A stretch of 64,000 nt of DNA from an uncultured delta proteobacterium (GCA_963766715.1 CAVYBH010000015.1:192001-256000), one strand, 5' to 3'. Positions 24,100 to 38,313 are shown, numbered from the stretch's first letter. Notes: generated by a model from the sequence alone, not told the origin. Made by a program: numbers and translations.

Positions 24100-25622
24100 G
24101 CCGCGCCCTCCGCCGCGCCCTCGTTGCCGGGCCAGAGCCCGCTCATCCACTCGCCGATCTGCTCGACGGTGGCCTTGGGGGTGTCGATGGAGGGCGAGAG
24201 CCGGCCGCGGGCGATGACGTGGAGCCGGTCGGAGATCTCGAAGAGCTCCTCGAGCTCCTCGGAGACCACCAGGACGGCGCACCCCGCGTCGCGCAGCGCG
24301 ATGAGCTCGGCCCGGATCTGGGCGGAGGCCCCCACGTCGACTCCCCAGGTGGGCTGGGCGACCACGAGCACCTTGGGGATCGCGTCGATCTCGCGCCCCA
24401 CGATGAACTTCTGGAGGTTCCCGCCGGACAGGCTCTTCGCGACCGCGCCCGGCCCGGGGGCCTTCACGCCGAAGCGCCCCAGGATGGCCTTGGTCTGGCG
24501 ACCCAGGAAGGCGCGGTCGATCCACCCCGCGGACTTGATGGCCTCGAGGCGGGTGAGCAGCATGTTGTTGGCGAGCGAGAAGGCCGGCACCGCGCCGCGG
24601 CCCAGCCGCTCCTCCGGGACGAAGTGGAGGCCCAGCTTGCGGCGCGCCACGGGGCCCTTGCGCCCGACGGGCGTCCCGAAGACCCGGACCATGCCGGCCT
24701 CCGCCCGCGGGTCCTCCCCGGAGAGCGTGGCGAGCAGCTCCTGCTGCCCGTTCCCGGAGATCCCGGCGATGCCGACGATCTCCCCCTCGCGCACCTCGAG
24801 CGAGACCTGGTCGAGCGGCACGCTGTAGCGATCCCAGCGCTCGAGCGACAGGTCATTCACCGTGAGCGCGACCTGGCCCGGGCGCGGCGGGCGGTGGACC
24901 AGCACCGGCGGCTCGGCCCCGATCATCATGCGCGACAGGCTGCCGGTGGTCTCGAGGGTGGGGTCGCAGGTGCCCACCACCTTGCCGCCGCGCAGCACCG
25001 TGCAGGTGTGGCAGAGCACCCGGATCTCGTCGAGCTTGTGGCTGATGTAGAGGATCGAGCAGCCGGTGGCGGCGAGCTTGCGCAGCGTGACGAAGAGCCT
25101 GTCCACCGCCTGCGGCGTCAGCACCGAGGTGGGCTCGTCGAGGATGAGGAGCTTCGGCTCGGAGAGCAGCGCCCGCACGATCTCCACCCGCTGCCGCTCC
25201 CCCACCGACAGCACGTGGACCGGCTTGCCGGGGTCGAGGTCGAGCCCGTACTCGGCGGCCTTCTTCTGGATGCCGCGGCTCACCTCGTCGAGGCTCACCT
25301 TGCCGTCCATGCCGAGCCAGACGTTCTCGGCCACGGTGAGGGAGTCGAAGAGGGAGAAGTGCTGGAACACCATGGCGATGCCCAGGGCCCGGGCCTCGTG
25401 GGGGTTGCGGACGACCACCGGGCGACCGTCCCAGCGGATCTCGCCGGCGTCGGGGCGGAGCGCCCCGTAGACGATCTTCATCAGGGTGGACTTCCCGGCG
25501 CCGTTCTCGCCGAGCACCGCGTGGATCTCTCCCGGCTGCACGGTGAGCGCCACGTCGTCGTTGGCGACCAGCGCGCCGAAGCGCTTCGTCACGTGCGCGA
25601 GTTCGAGCCGGGGCGCGGTCAC
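24096..25622 (-). CDS. ABC transporter ATP-binding protein with two NBDs
   Basis: GENGAGKS, LSVGERQ, LDEPT, LSGGNLQK. Confidence 0.93.
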   Translation of the reverse strand: MTAPRLELAHVTKRFGALVANDDVALTVQPGEIHAVLGENGAGKSTLMKIVYGALRPDAGEIRWDGRPVVVRNPHEARALGIAMVFQHFSLFDSLTVAENVWLGMDGKVSLDEVSRGIQKKAAEYGLDLDPGKPVHVLSVGERQRVEIVRALLSEPKLLILDEPTSVLTPQAVDRLFVTLRKLAATGCSILYISHKLDEIRVLCHTCTVLRGGKVVGTCDPTLETTGSLSRMMIGAEPPVLVHRPPRPGQVALTVNDLSLERWDRYSVPLDQVSLEVREGEIVGIAGISGNGQQELLATLSGEDPRAEAGMVRVFGTPVGRKGPVARRKLGLHFVPEERLGRGAVPAFSLANNMLLTRLEAIKSAGWIDRAFLGRQTKAILGRFGVKAPGPGAVAKSLSGGNLQKFIVGREIDAIPKVLVVAQPTWGVDVGASAQIRAELIALRDAGCAVLVVSEELEELFEISDRLHVIARGRLSPSIDTPKATVEQIGEWMSGLWPGNEGAAEGAA

Positions 25623-25686
25623 GGGTGCTCCGTGGGAATCGGAGGCGGACCTCATACCACAGGGGCAGTCGCCGCCGGGGTCCCGG

Positions 25687-26196
25687 CTAGGGGGTGCGTC
25701 GCTGGGTCTTGATGGGGGAGACGAAGTGGTAGTCGATGTCCCAGGGGAAGTAGATCCACTTCTCCTGCTTGAATTCCTTCACGAACGTGTCGACCACCGG
25801 CCGCCCGAGCGGCTTGGCGTAGAGGGTGGCGAAGTGGGCCTTCGGCAGCTTCTCGCGCACCGCGCGAGCGGTCCCGCCGGTGTCGACGAGGTCGTCGATC
25901 AGGAGCCAGCCGTCGCCGTCGCCCTCGACGGTCTTCAGCCACTGCAGCTTGCCCTGGGACTTCGCCTCGGCGCTGGGATCGGTGGCCTCGTAGCTGACCA
26001 CGCAGACGGTGTCGATGAGCCGGATGTCGAGCTCGCGGGCGACCAGCGCCGCCGGGACGAGCCCGCCTCGCGTGATGGCGATGATGCCCTTCCATTCGCC
26101 CAGGTCGTGGAGCACGCCGGAGAGGTAGCGGGCGTCCCGGTGCAGCTCGACCCACGAGATGATGATCTCGTCCTTGTACGGATTCGGTTCGGCCAT
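25687..26196 (-). CDS. gpt: Xanthine-guanine phosphoribosyltransferase
   Basis: ITRGGLVPA, IDTVC, IDDLVDTGGT, WIYFPWD. Confidence 0.92.
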   Translation of the reverse strand: MAEPNPYKDEIIISWVELHRDARYLSGVLHDLGEWKGIIAITRGGLVPAALVARELDIRLIDTVCVVSYEATDPSAEAKSQGKLQWLKTVEGDGDGWLLIDDLVDTGGTARAVREKLPKAHFATLYAKPLGRPVVDTFVKEFKQEKWIYFPWDIDYHFVSPIKTQRRTP

Positions 26197-26272
26197 TCCG
26201 TCTTGTAGATCGGGGGGCTGACGCTTTGCCCCCCCGAATGGCCCGTGCCCCGATCGGGCCTCGATCCAGGGG

Positions 26273-27212
26273 CTAGGCGGCGGCCCGGCGGGCGTCCCGG
26301 AAGTGGGCCACGGAGCGGGCGAGGCCGTCGGCCACCGCCACCCGCGGCTCCCAGCCCAGGACCTCCCGGGCCCGGGCCGGGTCGATGCACGAGCGCTTCT
26401 GCTCGCCCGCCCGTCCGGGCGCGTAGCGGGGCCTCGCGCCGACCCCGGCGGCCGACGCCATGTGGGCGAAGACCTGGTTCACGTCGGTCTCCACGGCCGT
26501 GCCCACGTTCACGGCGCCCGCGAGCTCCCGCTTCGCCGCGAGCAGGTTGGCCCGCGCCACATCCTCCACGAAGACGTAGTCGCGGGTCTGGGTCCCGTCG
26601 CCGTAGATGGTGCAGGGCTCCCCTTCGAGCATGCGCGAGGCGAAGATGGCCACCACGCCGGCCTCGCCGTGCGGGTTCTGCCGCGGGCCGTAGACGTTGG
26701 CGTACCGGAGCACCGCCGGCCGGATGCCGTAGAGGGATGCGTACACCCCCAGGTACAGCTCGGACGAGCACTTGGCCGCGCCGTAATGGGAGATCGGGTG
26801 GGCCGGATGGGTCTCCGGCGTGGGAATGACCTCGGTGTCGCCGTACATGGCGCCGCCCGAGGAGGCGAAGAGCACCTGGCGCACCGAGCCGGCCTTCCGG
26901 GCGGCCTCCATGACGTTGATCAGCCCCCGACGTTCACGTCGCAGTCGAAGAGCGGGTCGGCCACCGACCGGCGCACGTCGATCTGCGCCGCCTGGTGGCA
27001 GATCACGTCGGGCCTCTCGGCCAGGATGGCCGCCGCGGCGGCCGGTCCCGCACGTCGCACTCGTGGAGGCGCACGCGCGGGTCCAGGTTCACGCGACGTC
27101 CGGACGAGAGGTCGTCGACGACCGCCACGTTCCAGCCGTCGGCCAGGAAGGCGTCCGCGACGTGGGAGCCGATGAAGCCCGCACCGCCGGTGATGAGGAT
27201 CTTCGGGGTCAT
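26273..27212 (-). CDS. NAD-dependent epimerase/dehydratase (UDP-glucose 4-epimerase-like; several frameshifts)
   Basis: ITGGAGFIGSH, FASSGGAMYG, YGAAK, RYANVYGPRQ, GEAGVV. Confidence 0.88.
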
Positions 27213-27214
27213 GG

Positions 27215-29052
<1,838 letters not shown>

Positions 29053-29100
29053 GGGCGTGATTCCTTTGCGGGTGCGATGCGGAGAGACGGGAGGGCGTAC

Positions 29101-29116
29101 TTCAAGGAACGCGCCA
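29101..29116 (-). promoter_or_regulatory. Putative sigma54 promoter for glmS-epimerase
   Basis: TGGCGCG-TTCC-TTGAA versus consensus TGGCACG-N4-TTGCW (GA rather than GC at -12). Confidence 0.55.
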
Positions 29117-29326
29117 AGGCCTGGGCGCCGGGCGCGCCCGGATCTGTTCCGGTCCGGCGCGGATCCGCCGTCGCGGGAGGCCCGCGACTGTTCCGCCGCG
29201 GTGACGGCCGGCGGAAGCGACGACCCGGATCGATACGGCGGGCGAATCCCGGCTGGGTCCACGCCCCTGCGGGGCCCGGGGCGCGAACCGGACCTCCGCC
29301 GTGGACGTGCTATACACGAGGAGTCG

Positions 29327-29939
29327 ATGCCGCGCCGACGGCGCTCCCTCGTGGTTGCTGCTCGCAATCCTCTCGGTCGCCTTCGCCTCCTGCCGCTCGA
29401 CCGGCGAGTACGTCCTGGTGGACGACTACCGGCTGCCGCCCGAGGTGTCCGACCAGGACTACCTGATCCGGCCCGGCGACATCCTCCAGGTCCGGGTCAT
29501 GGGCCAGGACGCGGTCTCGGCCCGCGCCAAGGTCCGGCCCGACGGGAAGATCTCGGTGCCGCTGCTCGCCGACGTCCCCGCGGCCGGCGACCACGCCCGC
29601 CGAGCTCGCCCGCCAGGTCCAGGAGCAAGCTCGCCAAGTTCATCGTCAACCCGCGGTGACCATCTCGCTGGAGGAGCCGCGCGCCCTGATGATCTCGGTG
29701 CTCGGCGAGGTGGCCAAGGTCGGCAGCTACCCGCTCGAGCAGGGCTCCGGGGTGCTGGAGGCGATGGCCGTGGCGGGCGGGCCGACCCGTACGCCGCGCT
29801 CGACCGGATCATGGTCATCCGGCGCGAGCCGTCCGGGAACCGGATCCGGATCCGGTTCGACTACGACGCCCTCACGCAGCTCCGGGGGGCGGCGGCCACG
29901 TTCCGGCTTCAGAACGGCGACGTGATCGTCGTGGAGTAG
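29327..29939 (+). CDS. Short OPX/Wza-family polysaccharide export lipoprotein (frameshifted)
   Basis: Lipobox-like FASC, YLIRPGDILQV, VRPDGKISVPL, VLGEV, ends LQNGDVIVVE with no C-terminal helix. Confidence 0.88.
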
Positions 29940-29941
29940 CC

Positions 29942-31380
29942 GTGCTGCCGGCCCTCGCGGCAGCGCTGCTGGCGCTCGCCGCCGCCCAGACCTCGAGCGC
30001 CGCGACGGGACCGCCGGACGACGCCGTGTCCGTTCCCGTCGACGCGACGGAGCCCGCCGACGCCGAGGCCGTCCCCGCCCGGGAGGTCGAGGGGACCCTC
30101 GACGCGGCGCTTCCCTCCTCTCCCTGCCCCTCCCGATCCGATCGGCCTCTCCGACGTGCTGGGGCGCGACGCGGAGCAGCAGGACGAGGACCTGCGTCGG
30201 TCCCGGGTGCCCTTCCTCCCCTCCGCGGCCGCTCCACGCGCAGCCGGATCGGCACCCACGTCGCGGGCGGGGTCCTGGGGCAGCTCCGCACGCGAAACGT
30301 CTCGGCCGAGGGCGGGTTCTCGCAGTGGGACACCGACCTCGAGGTGGTGCCGGGACTCACCCTCTACTCGTTCGGCCACCGGGCGCAGTTCACCCTGAGC
30401 TACGTGCCGCGCCTCTACTTCCCGGCCGTCTACCACGGCGCCCCGATGTCGGTGCTGCAGCGCGCGCTCCTGCGGTTCGAGTGGACCCCGTCGCAGCGGT
30501 GGACGCTCCGGCTCTGGGCGAACGGAACCTACGGCGACTACTCGCAGCTCGTGCCCAGCTCGACGCCGGGCGGCCCGGGGCCCACGCCCCCGGTGATCGA
30601 GCCGGTCCGCACCTTCACGACCTTCCCGTACCTCGCGATCGGCGCGAATGCCCAGGCCTCGGTCACGCTGGGCCAGCGGCTCCGGCTGCGCGCGACGGTC
30701 GGCTGGTTCGACGTGGGCGGGATTGGGACGCTCGGTCAGGAGAGCCAGCCGCGCACCTGGGGGCCGCGGGCCGACGCCACGCTGGACGTCTTCGTCGGGG
30801 CGCGCGCCATCCTCTCCACGTCGATCGCGGCCACCGATTCGCAGCTGGTCGGCGGATCGGCCATCCGCATCGCGGCCGTCGCCGAGACCTGGAGCCACCG
30901 CTGGTCGGGCTCGCTCGAGACCTCGGCCACGCTGGGGGCGGCGATGGTCAACAACCCGCCCGCTCGCCAGCGTCACCGTCGGACAGGTGATCCCCGTGGC
31001 GGGGCTCAAGCTGACCTGGGTGCAGTCGTCGCGGGACATGTTCCGGCTCATCGCCGAGGCCGGCCTGGGGCCGTACGTGGACACCTATCTCCAGGCCGCC
31101 TACCAGCGCGTCACCGCCCGGCTCGGCGCCGAGTGGTTCTTCGGGAAGGACTGGAAGCTCGAGGCCTCGCTGGCCTCGGCGCTCGTCCCGTTCACCATCC
31201 GTGCGCCGGAGTCCTACGCCGTCGCCGGGACGTCGGCGGCCTGGAGCCCGTGGCGCTGGGCCACCCTGCTGGCCGGGGGCTTCGCCCAGACGCAGCTGGG
31301 CGGCGGCTCGACGAGCACCCGGTTCGTGCAGGTGACCGGTTACCTCTCGGTCGTCGCTGCAGACCCCCGACTTCCCCTAG
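29942..31380 (+). CDS. Exported beta-strand-rich protein, probable outer-membrane beta-barrel partner of OPX (frameshifted)
   Basis: Signal peptide; amphipathic strands rich in W/Y/F (FTLSYVPRLY, WTLRLWANGTYG, LGAEWFFGKDWKLE); lies directly downstream of OPX. Confidence 0.65.
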
Positions 31381-31453
31381 GCGCCTCCCGCGACACCCTG
31401 CCGGCGGCGACCGCGCCGCAGGAGGAGGAGCGGCGCGCGGCTGCGCCGAGGGG

Positions 31454-31855
31454 TCATCCGGCGAGCTCCGGGAGGAGCGAGCGCTCCAGCGCCGTGGCGG
31501 CCCGGTCGAGCTCTCCGGAGTACCGTACGGCCAGCGCATCCAGCTCCCCGTCCCCCTGCCGGGCCGACCATTCCAGCGCCGCGGCGGCGGTGGTGGCCGC
31601 GACGGCCCCGACGGCCGCGAGCCCCGACTTCATCTTGTGCAGCGCGCGGCCCACGCCCGCGGTATCCCGCGCCTCGAGGGCTTGCTCCACCACGGTGCGG
31701 TGCTCGGGCAGCATCCGGAGCAGCTCCGCGGTCACTTCCCTCCGGAGCCATTCGTCGCCGCCGCAGTTCTCGAGGGCGACGGCCAGGTCGAGCGGGGGAT
31801 CGAGGACGGCGCGGACGGCGCTCGCCGAGCCAGCGTCCTCGATGGCCGGGGTCAC
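31454..31855 (-). CDS. Stand-alone Hpt domain protein
   Basis: LDLAVALENCGGD...ALHKMKSGLAAVGA (HxxKG/S-type motif). Confidence 0.8.
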   Translation of the reverse strand: MTPAIEDAGSASAVRAVLDPPLDLAVALENCGGDEWLRREVTAELLRMLPEHRTVVEQALEARDTAGVGRALHKMKSGLAAVGAVAATTAAAALEWSARQGDGELDALAVRYSGELDRAATALERSLLPELAG

Positions 31856-31867
31856 GGGGGCAGGACC

Positions 31868-32185
31868 TCAGGGCGCGGCAGGCTGGGCGGCCTGCTCGCC
31901 GAGCGAGGCCTCGAGGAGCGCCGCGAGCGAGCGGCTCGATCAGGCGTCGTCGAGCATGCGGGGCGGCCTGGCCACGACCGCCTCGCGAAGCTCCCGGGCC
32001 AGCTCGGACACCCGGTCGAAGCCGTAGGTCCCCGAGGTGCCGTGGATCCGGTGGAGGAACTTGGCTCAGGCGATCGCGGGCCTCGGGCTCGCCCTGGCCG
32101 AGGCGCTCCCAGAGGGAGCGCAGCGCCTGGCCTCCTGCAGGAGCTGGAGGCGGTAGGCGACGTAGGGATCGATCCGCTCGTTCAT
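31868..32185 (-). CDS. Second stand-alone Hpt domain protein (frameshifted)
   Basis: MNERIDPY... then FLHRIHGTSGTYGFDRVSELARELRE in an alternative frame. Confidence 0.7.
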
Positions 32186-32578
32186 TGGAGGGCCTCGACG
32201 GTGGCGTTGCTCGCGGAGGAGCGGCGCGATGCCGGCCGCGATGGCGGCGGGCGGGGAGGGCTTGGGCAGGAAGGCGTTGGCCCCGGGCCAGGCCCGGCGT
32301 GCCGCTGCGGCCCGTCCTCGTGGCCGGACAGGAAGACCACCGGCGTGGCGGCCCCGAGGCGGATCCGGATCTCGGCGCAGAGGGTCGGCCCCTTCCAAGT
32401 CGGGCAGCTCGTAGTCGAGGAGGACGAGGTCGAAGCGCGTCTTCCCCAGGAGGGCGAGCGCGTGGGAGCCGGTGGCAGCGGTGACCACCTCCACCCCGCA
32501 CAGCCGGGGCAGGGTCGCCGACACGATGCGCAGCATGGCCTCGTCGTCGTCCACGTAGAGGATTCGCTTTCCGTGCAT
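32182..32578 (-). CDS. Single-domain response regulator (receiver; frameshifted)
   Basis: ILYVDDD, VLLDYELPD, VVFLSG, GANAFLPKP. Confidence 0.85.
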
Positions 32579-32590
32579 GCAGGCGAGCAG

Positions 32591-32606
32591 TGCACGGCTC
32601 GCGCCA
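32591..32606 (-). promoter_or_regulatory. Putative sigma54 promoter for the receiver-Hpt-Hpt operon
   Basis: TGGCGCG-AGCC-GTGCA. Confidence 0.6.
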
Positions 32607-32633
32607 GCGAGGATGGGCGGAATCCGGAGGGTG

Positions 32634-32756
32634 ATGTTCCAAGTCGGAACGCACCCTGGGTCACTCCGCCCCGGCGTCCGGAACGCTTTGTCCCGTTCCG
32701 GCGCACCGTTCGCCGCCAGGGCAGTCGGCCCGCTCCGATGCATTCCGACCTGGAAC

Positions 32757-32758
<2 letters not shown>
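32634..32758. repeat. 20-bp inverted repeat pair, each arm a GTTCC-N5-GGAAC-type palindrome
   Basis: ATGTTCCAAGTCGGAACGCA (32634-32653) versus the reverse complement of 32739-32758, ATGTTCCAGGTCGGAATGCA; 18/20 match. Confidence 0.85.
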
Positions 32759-34276
<1,518 letters not shown>

Positions 34277-34293
34277 GGCGACCGCGGCGGCCG

Positions 34294-35345
34294 CTAGCGA
34301 CCGCGGGTGGCGTCCCGGACCGCGCGGGGCGCCGCCGGCCAGCCGCTCGTGGTACCAGGCCACCGTCTCGGCCAGCCCCTCGCGGATGGAGTGGGTCGGC
34401 GAGTAGCCCAGGAGGCGGCGGGCCCGGCCGATGTCGGCGTGGGAGTGGCGGATGTCGCCGGCGCGCGACGGACGGCGCTCCAGGGCGACCCGGGCCGCGG
34501 CCGGATGGAGGCGGGCTGCCTCCTCCTGCATGAGCGAGAAGAGCTCGAGCAGCGTGCTGCGTCCGCCCGCGCCGACGTTGTAGACCGTGCGCAGCGCGGC
34601 GGGATCGGTGACGGTGGCCGCGAGCAGGTTGGCCTGGACCACGTTGGCCACGTAGGAGAAGTCCCGGCTCGTCTCGCCGTCGCCGTTCAGCCAGGCGGGC
34701 TCGCCGCCGAAGAGGCTCTTGAACCAGAGCGGGATCACCGCGGCGTAGGCGCCCTGCGGGTCCTGACGGGGCCCGAAGACGTTGAAGTAGCGCAGCCCGA
34801 CGGTCTCGAGGCCATAGGCGCTGGCGTAGGCGTGCGCGTAGAGCTCGTCGGCGGCCTTGGTGGCGGCGTACGGGGAGAGCGGCCGGCCGGTGGCCTCCTC
34901 GACCTTGGGCAGGCCGGGGTGATCGCCGTAGACGGCGCTGGAGCTCGCGTAGACCACGCGGGCCACGCCGGCGTCCCTCGCGGCCGAGAGGACGTTCAGG
35001 AAGCCGGTGACGTTCACGTCGTGGCTCGTCCCGGGATCCTGGATCGAGCGCGGAACCGACCCCAGCGCGGCCTGGTGCAGGATCACGTCGACCCCGGTGC
35101 AGGCGGCGCGGCAGGCCGCCGGCTCCCGGATGTCTCCCTCCACGAGCTCGAAGCGCTCGGGCGCGCCCGCGGAGGCCTCGGCGACGTTGCGGCGGTGGCC
35201 GGTGGAGAAGTCGTCGAGGACCCGGACCCGCTGGCCCAGCGCGAGCAGCCGCTCGACGAGGTGCGAGCCGATGAACCCGGCGCCGCCGGTCACCAGCCAG
35301 GTCCGGGGAGGACCCGACGCGGAACTGCACCGGGGCCGCGGTCAC
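34294..35345 (-). CDS. UDP-GlcNAc(A) 4-epimerase, WbpP/TviC-like (both ends affected by indels)
   Basis: VTGGAGFIGSH, HQAALGSVPRS, SPYAATK, LRYFNVFGPRQDPQGAYAAVIP. Confidence 0.88.
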
Positions 35346-36782
35346 GCCTTCACCAGGCGACAGGGCGGGGCGCGGTCCGGGAAGAGAGGAGCCACCAGGT
35401 TGCGGGTGTCGACGGCCAGCTTCACCTTCTCGAAGAGCCCCGGCTGCCGGAAGGCGTCGTGGGCGGTCGAGACCACCACCGCGTCGTAGGAGGCGAAGGT
35501 GTCCGCGTCGCAGGGCACCGAGGCGAGCATGACGTCGTGCTTGCGCCCCTTGCGCGCCGACGGGAAGTGCGGGTCGCAGAAGTCGACCTGGGCGCCGGCC
35601 TCCTGCAGGTGCTCGATGATCTCGTAGGAGGGCGACTCCCGGTCGTCGTCCACGTTGGCCTTGTAGGCGAGGCCGAGCACGAGGATGCGGGAGCCGCGGA
35701 CCGCCTTGGCGTCGTCGTTCAGCGCCGTGGCGATGCGGGCGCAGACGTGGCGGGGCATGCTGGTGTTGATCTCGCCGGCCAGCTCGACGAAGCGGGCCCA
35801 CTGCCCGTGCTCGGCGGCCTTCCAGGACAGGTAGAACGGGTCGAGCGGGATGCAGTGCCCGCCCAGGCCCGGGCCCGGATAGAAGGGCATGAAGCCGAAG
35901 GGCTTGGTCTTGGCGGCCTCGATGACCTCCCAGACGTCGATGCCCATCCCGTCGAGGAGGACCTTCATCTCGTTCACGAGCGCGATGTTCACCGAACGGA
36001 AGATGTTCTCGAGGAGCTTGGCCGACTCGGCCACGCGGGCCGAGGAGACCCGGACCACCTTGTCGACGGCCGCGGTGTAGAGCGCCACCGCCGCGTCGGT
36101 GGAGGGCGCGTCGACGCCGCCCACGACCTTGGGGATCCGCGGGTGGAGAACTTGCCGTTGCCCGGATCCTCGCGCTCGGGGGAGAAGGCGAGGAGGAAGT
36201 CCTCGGGGCAGGTGAGCCCGCTCTTCTGGAGGATTGGGCAGGACCTCTCCGTCCGTCGTTCCCGGGTAGGTGGTCGACTCGAGCACCACCAGCTGGCCGG
36301 CCCGGAGGCGCGGGGCGATGGCCTCGGCGGTGCGGTGGATGTACGAGTTGTCCGGCTCGCGGTGCGGGCCGAGCGGCGTGGGGACGCAGATGATGATGGC
36401 GTCGCAGTCGCGCAGGCCGTCGAAGTCGGTGGTGGCGGAGAAGCGCCCGCTGTGCACGGCCTCGGTCACGCGCTCGGGCCCGATGTGCTTGATGTACGAC
36501 TCGCCGCGCTCGAGCGCGTCGACCTTGCGGGAGTCGACGTCGAAGCCGACGACCGGGAATCCGCCCTCGGCGAAGACCAGCGCGAGCGGCAGCCCCACGT
36601 AGCCCTGGCCGATGATCCCGATGCGGGCGGTGCGGGCCTGGATCTTCGCGACGAGCGCGTCCGCGACGGCGGACGACGGCGCGCGACGGGCGGAGCGGCG
36701 GCAGGACGGATCGCAGGGTCGGCCCCTCGTGGCGAGGCCTCGCGGGTGCGCTGGGGGTTCGGGCTTCGACGGGGGTGGACAT
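35342..36782 (-). CDS. UDP-N-acetylhexosamine 6-dehydrogenase, WbpA/TviB-like (frameshifted)
   Basis: GIIGQGYVGLPLA, ICVPTP, ESTTYPGTT, KLLENIFRSVNIA, PGPGLGGHCIP, DDDRESP. Confidence 0.92.
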
Positions 36783-36835
36783 GCGTCCTCCAGGGAGCGG
36801 CTGCGGGAAAGGGAACGAGGAAGGGCGACGCCTGG

Positions 36836-37141
36836 CTAGGCGGCGGGGTCGGCGCGCATCGGCTCGTTGGCCGGGGCGAGGTCGGGCAGCGGGCGGCCCT
36901 CGAGCATCCAGCCGAGGCCGAGGTCGCGGAGCATCTGGGCGACGTCGGGCGTGGCGTTCATGACGCGCACCTTGCGGCCGGTGCGGGCGACCCTGCCGTG
37001 GGTGCGGACCAGGGAGGAGAGGACGCCGGCGTCCAGGGTCTCCACACCGGCCAGCGAGACCGCGTCGCCGGCGAGGGCGACGGACGCGGCGGGAGTGGCG
37101 CTGGGGAGGGGCATCGTGGCGGCGTAGGCGGGAGGGCTCAT
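36836..37141 (-). CDS. Small STAS-domain protein (SypA/anti-anti-sigma-like)
   Basis: SLAGVETLDAGVLSSLV...GRKVRVMNATPDVAQMLRDLGL matches the STAS pattern. Confidence 0.65.
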   Translation of the reverse strand: MSPPAYAATMPLPSATPAASVALAGDAVSLAGVETLDAGVLSSLVRTHGRVARTGRKVRVMNATPDVAQMLRDLGLGWMLEGRPLPDLAPANEPMRADPAA

Positions 37142-37142
37142 G

Positions 37143-38300
37143 TCAGGCGACCTTCAGGGTTCGGGAGGGATTCACGACAGGTACGGTCGACTTCATTGCA
37201 GGCCGCGTGCCGAGCAGTTGGACCAGCGAATCCGCGATGCGGAGCGAGGCGCGGCCGTCCCCGTAGGGGTTGACCGTCCGGGTCCGGCGCACCGCCGTGG
37301 TCAGGAGTGTTCCGAGCCGGCGCGCGATGCGTTCCGGATCGGTACCGACCAGCTCGGCGAGGCCGGCGTCCACGCCCTCGGGGCGCTCGGTGGTCTCCCG
37401 CACCACGAGGATGGGCGCGCCGAAGGTGGGCGCCTCCTCCTGCACGCCGCCCGAGTCGGTGACGATCACGTCGGCCCGCTTCATGAGGGAGACGAACGGG
37501 AGGTACCCCTGGGGCTCGACCAGCTCGACGCCGGGCACCGCGCCCAGGATCTCCTGGGCGCCGCCTGCACGTGGGGATTCGGGTGGACCGGCCAGACCAC
37601 GCGGGCGCGCGGGACGCCGGCGATGGCGTCGCGGATCGCGCCGAGCACGCCGCGGAGCGGAGCGCCCAGGCTCTCGCGCCGGTGGAGGGTGACGAGGACC
37701 AGGCGGTCGACGGGAGAGACCGGCCACGGGCAGCTCGGGCGAGCGGCCGGAGGCCTCGAGGAGCGCGTCGATCCCGGTGTTGCCGGTGACGACGATCCGG
37801 TCGGCCGGGACGCCCTCCGCGAGCAGGTTGGCGAGCGCGCCGCGGGTCGGGGCGAAGTGGATGGTGGTGAGCGCGCCGGCCAGGCGGCGGTTGGCCTCCT
37901 CCGGGAACGGGCTGTCGATGCTCTCGGTCCGCAGTCCCGCCTCGACGTGGGCGAACGGGATGCGCCGGTAGAAGGCGGTGAGCGCGGCGGCGAGGACGGT
38001 CGTGGTGTCGCCCTGGGCGAGGACCACGTCGAAGGGGCGCGAGGCGAGCACGCCGTCGATGCCCTCGAGGAGGCGGGCGGTGAGGCTGGCCAGCCCCTGG
38101 TCGGGGCGCATGAGATCGAGGTCCGCGTCGGCGGCCAGGCCGAGATCGGCGGCGGCGCGATCGAGCAGCCCGCGGTGCTGCCCGGTGAAGAGGACGTGGA
38201 CGTCGAAGCGCCCGGTGGCGCGGAGGGCCCGGACGACCGGCGCCATCTTGATGGCCTCGGGGCGGGTGCCGATGACGGCGAGAGCGCTGATCGTCTTCAT
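37143..38300 (-). CDS. wecB: UDP-N-acetylglucosamine 2-epimerase, non-hydrolysing (internal compensating indels)
   Basis: GTRPEAIKMAP, TGQH, QGDTTT, HVEAGLR, PFPEEANR, TDSGGVQEEA, NPYGDG. Confidence 0.93.
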   Translation of the reverse strand: MKTISALAVIGTRPEAIKMAPVVRALRATGRFDVHVLFTGQHRGLLDRAAADLGLAADADLDLMRPDQGLASLTARLLEGIDGVLASRPFDVVLAQGDTTTVLAAALTAFYRRIPFAHVEAGLRTESIDSPFPEEANRRLAGALTTIHFAPTRGALANLLAEGVPADRIVVTGNTGIDALLEASGRSPELPVAGLSRRPPGPRHPPPAREPGRSAPRRARRDPRRHRRRPARPRGLAGPPESPRAGGAQEILGAVPGVELVEPQGYLPFVSLMKRADVIVTDSGGVQEEAPTFGAPILVVRETTERPEGVDAGLAELVGTDPERIARRLGTLLTTAVRRTRTVNPYGDGRASLRIADSLVQLLGTRPAMKSTVPVVNPSRTLKVA

Positions 38301-38313
38301 GCCGCCGTGTGAT

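Noticed and set aside
29053..29326. glmS ribozyme upstream of glmS
   Set aside because: No recognisable ribozyme core, and the candidate sigma54 promoter leaves too short a leader.
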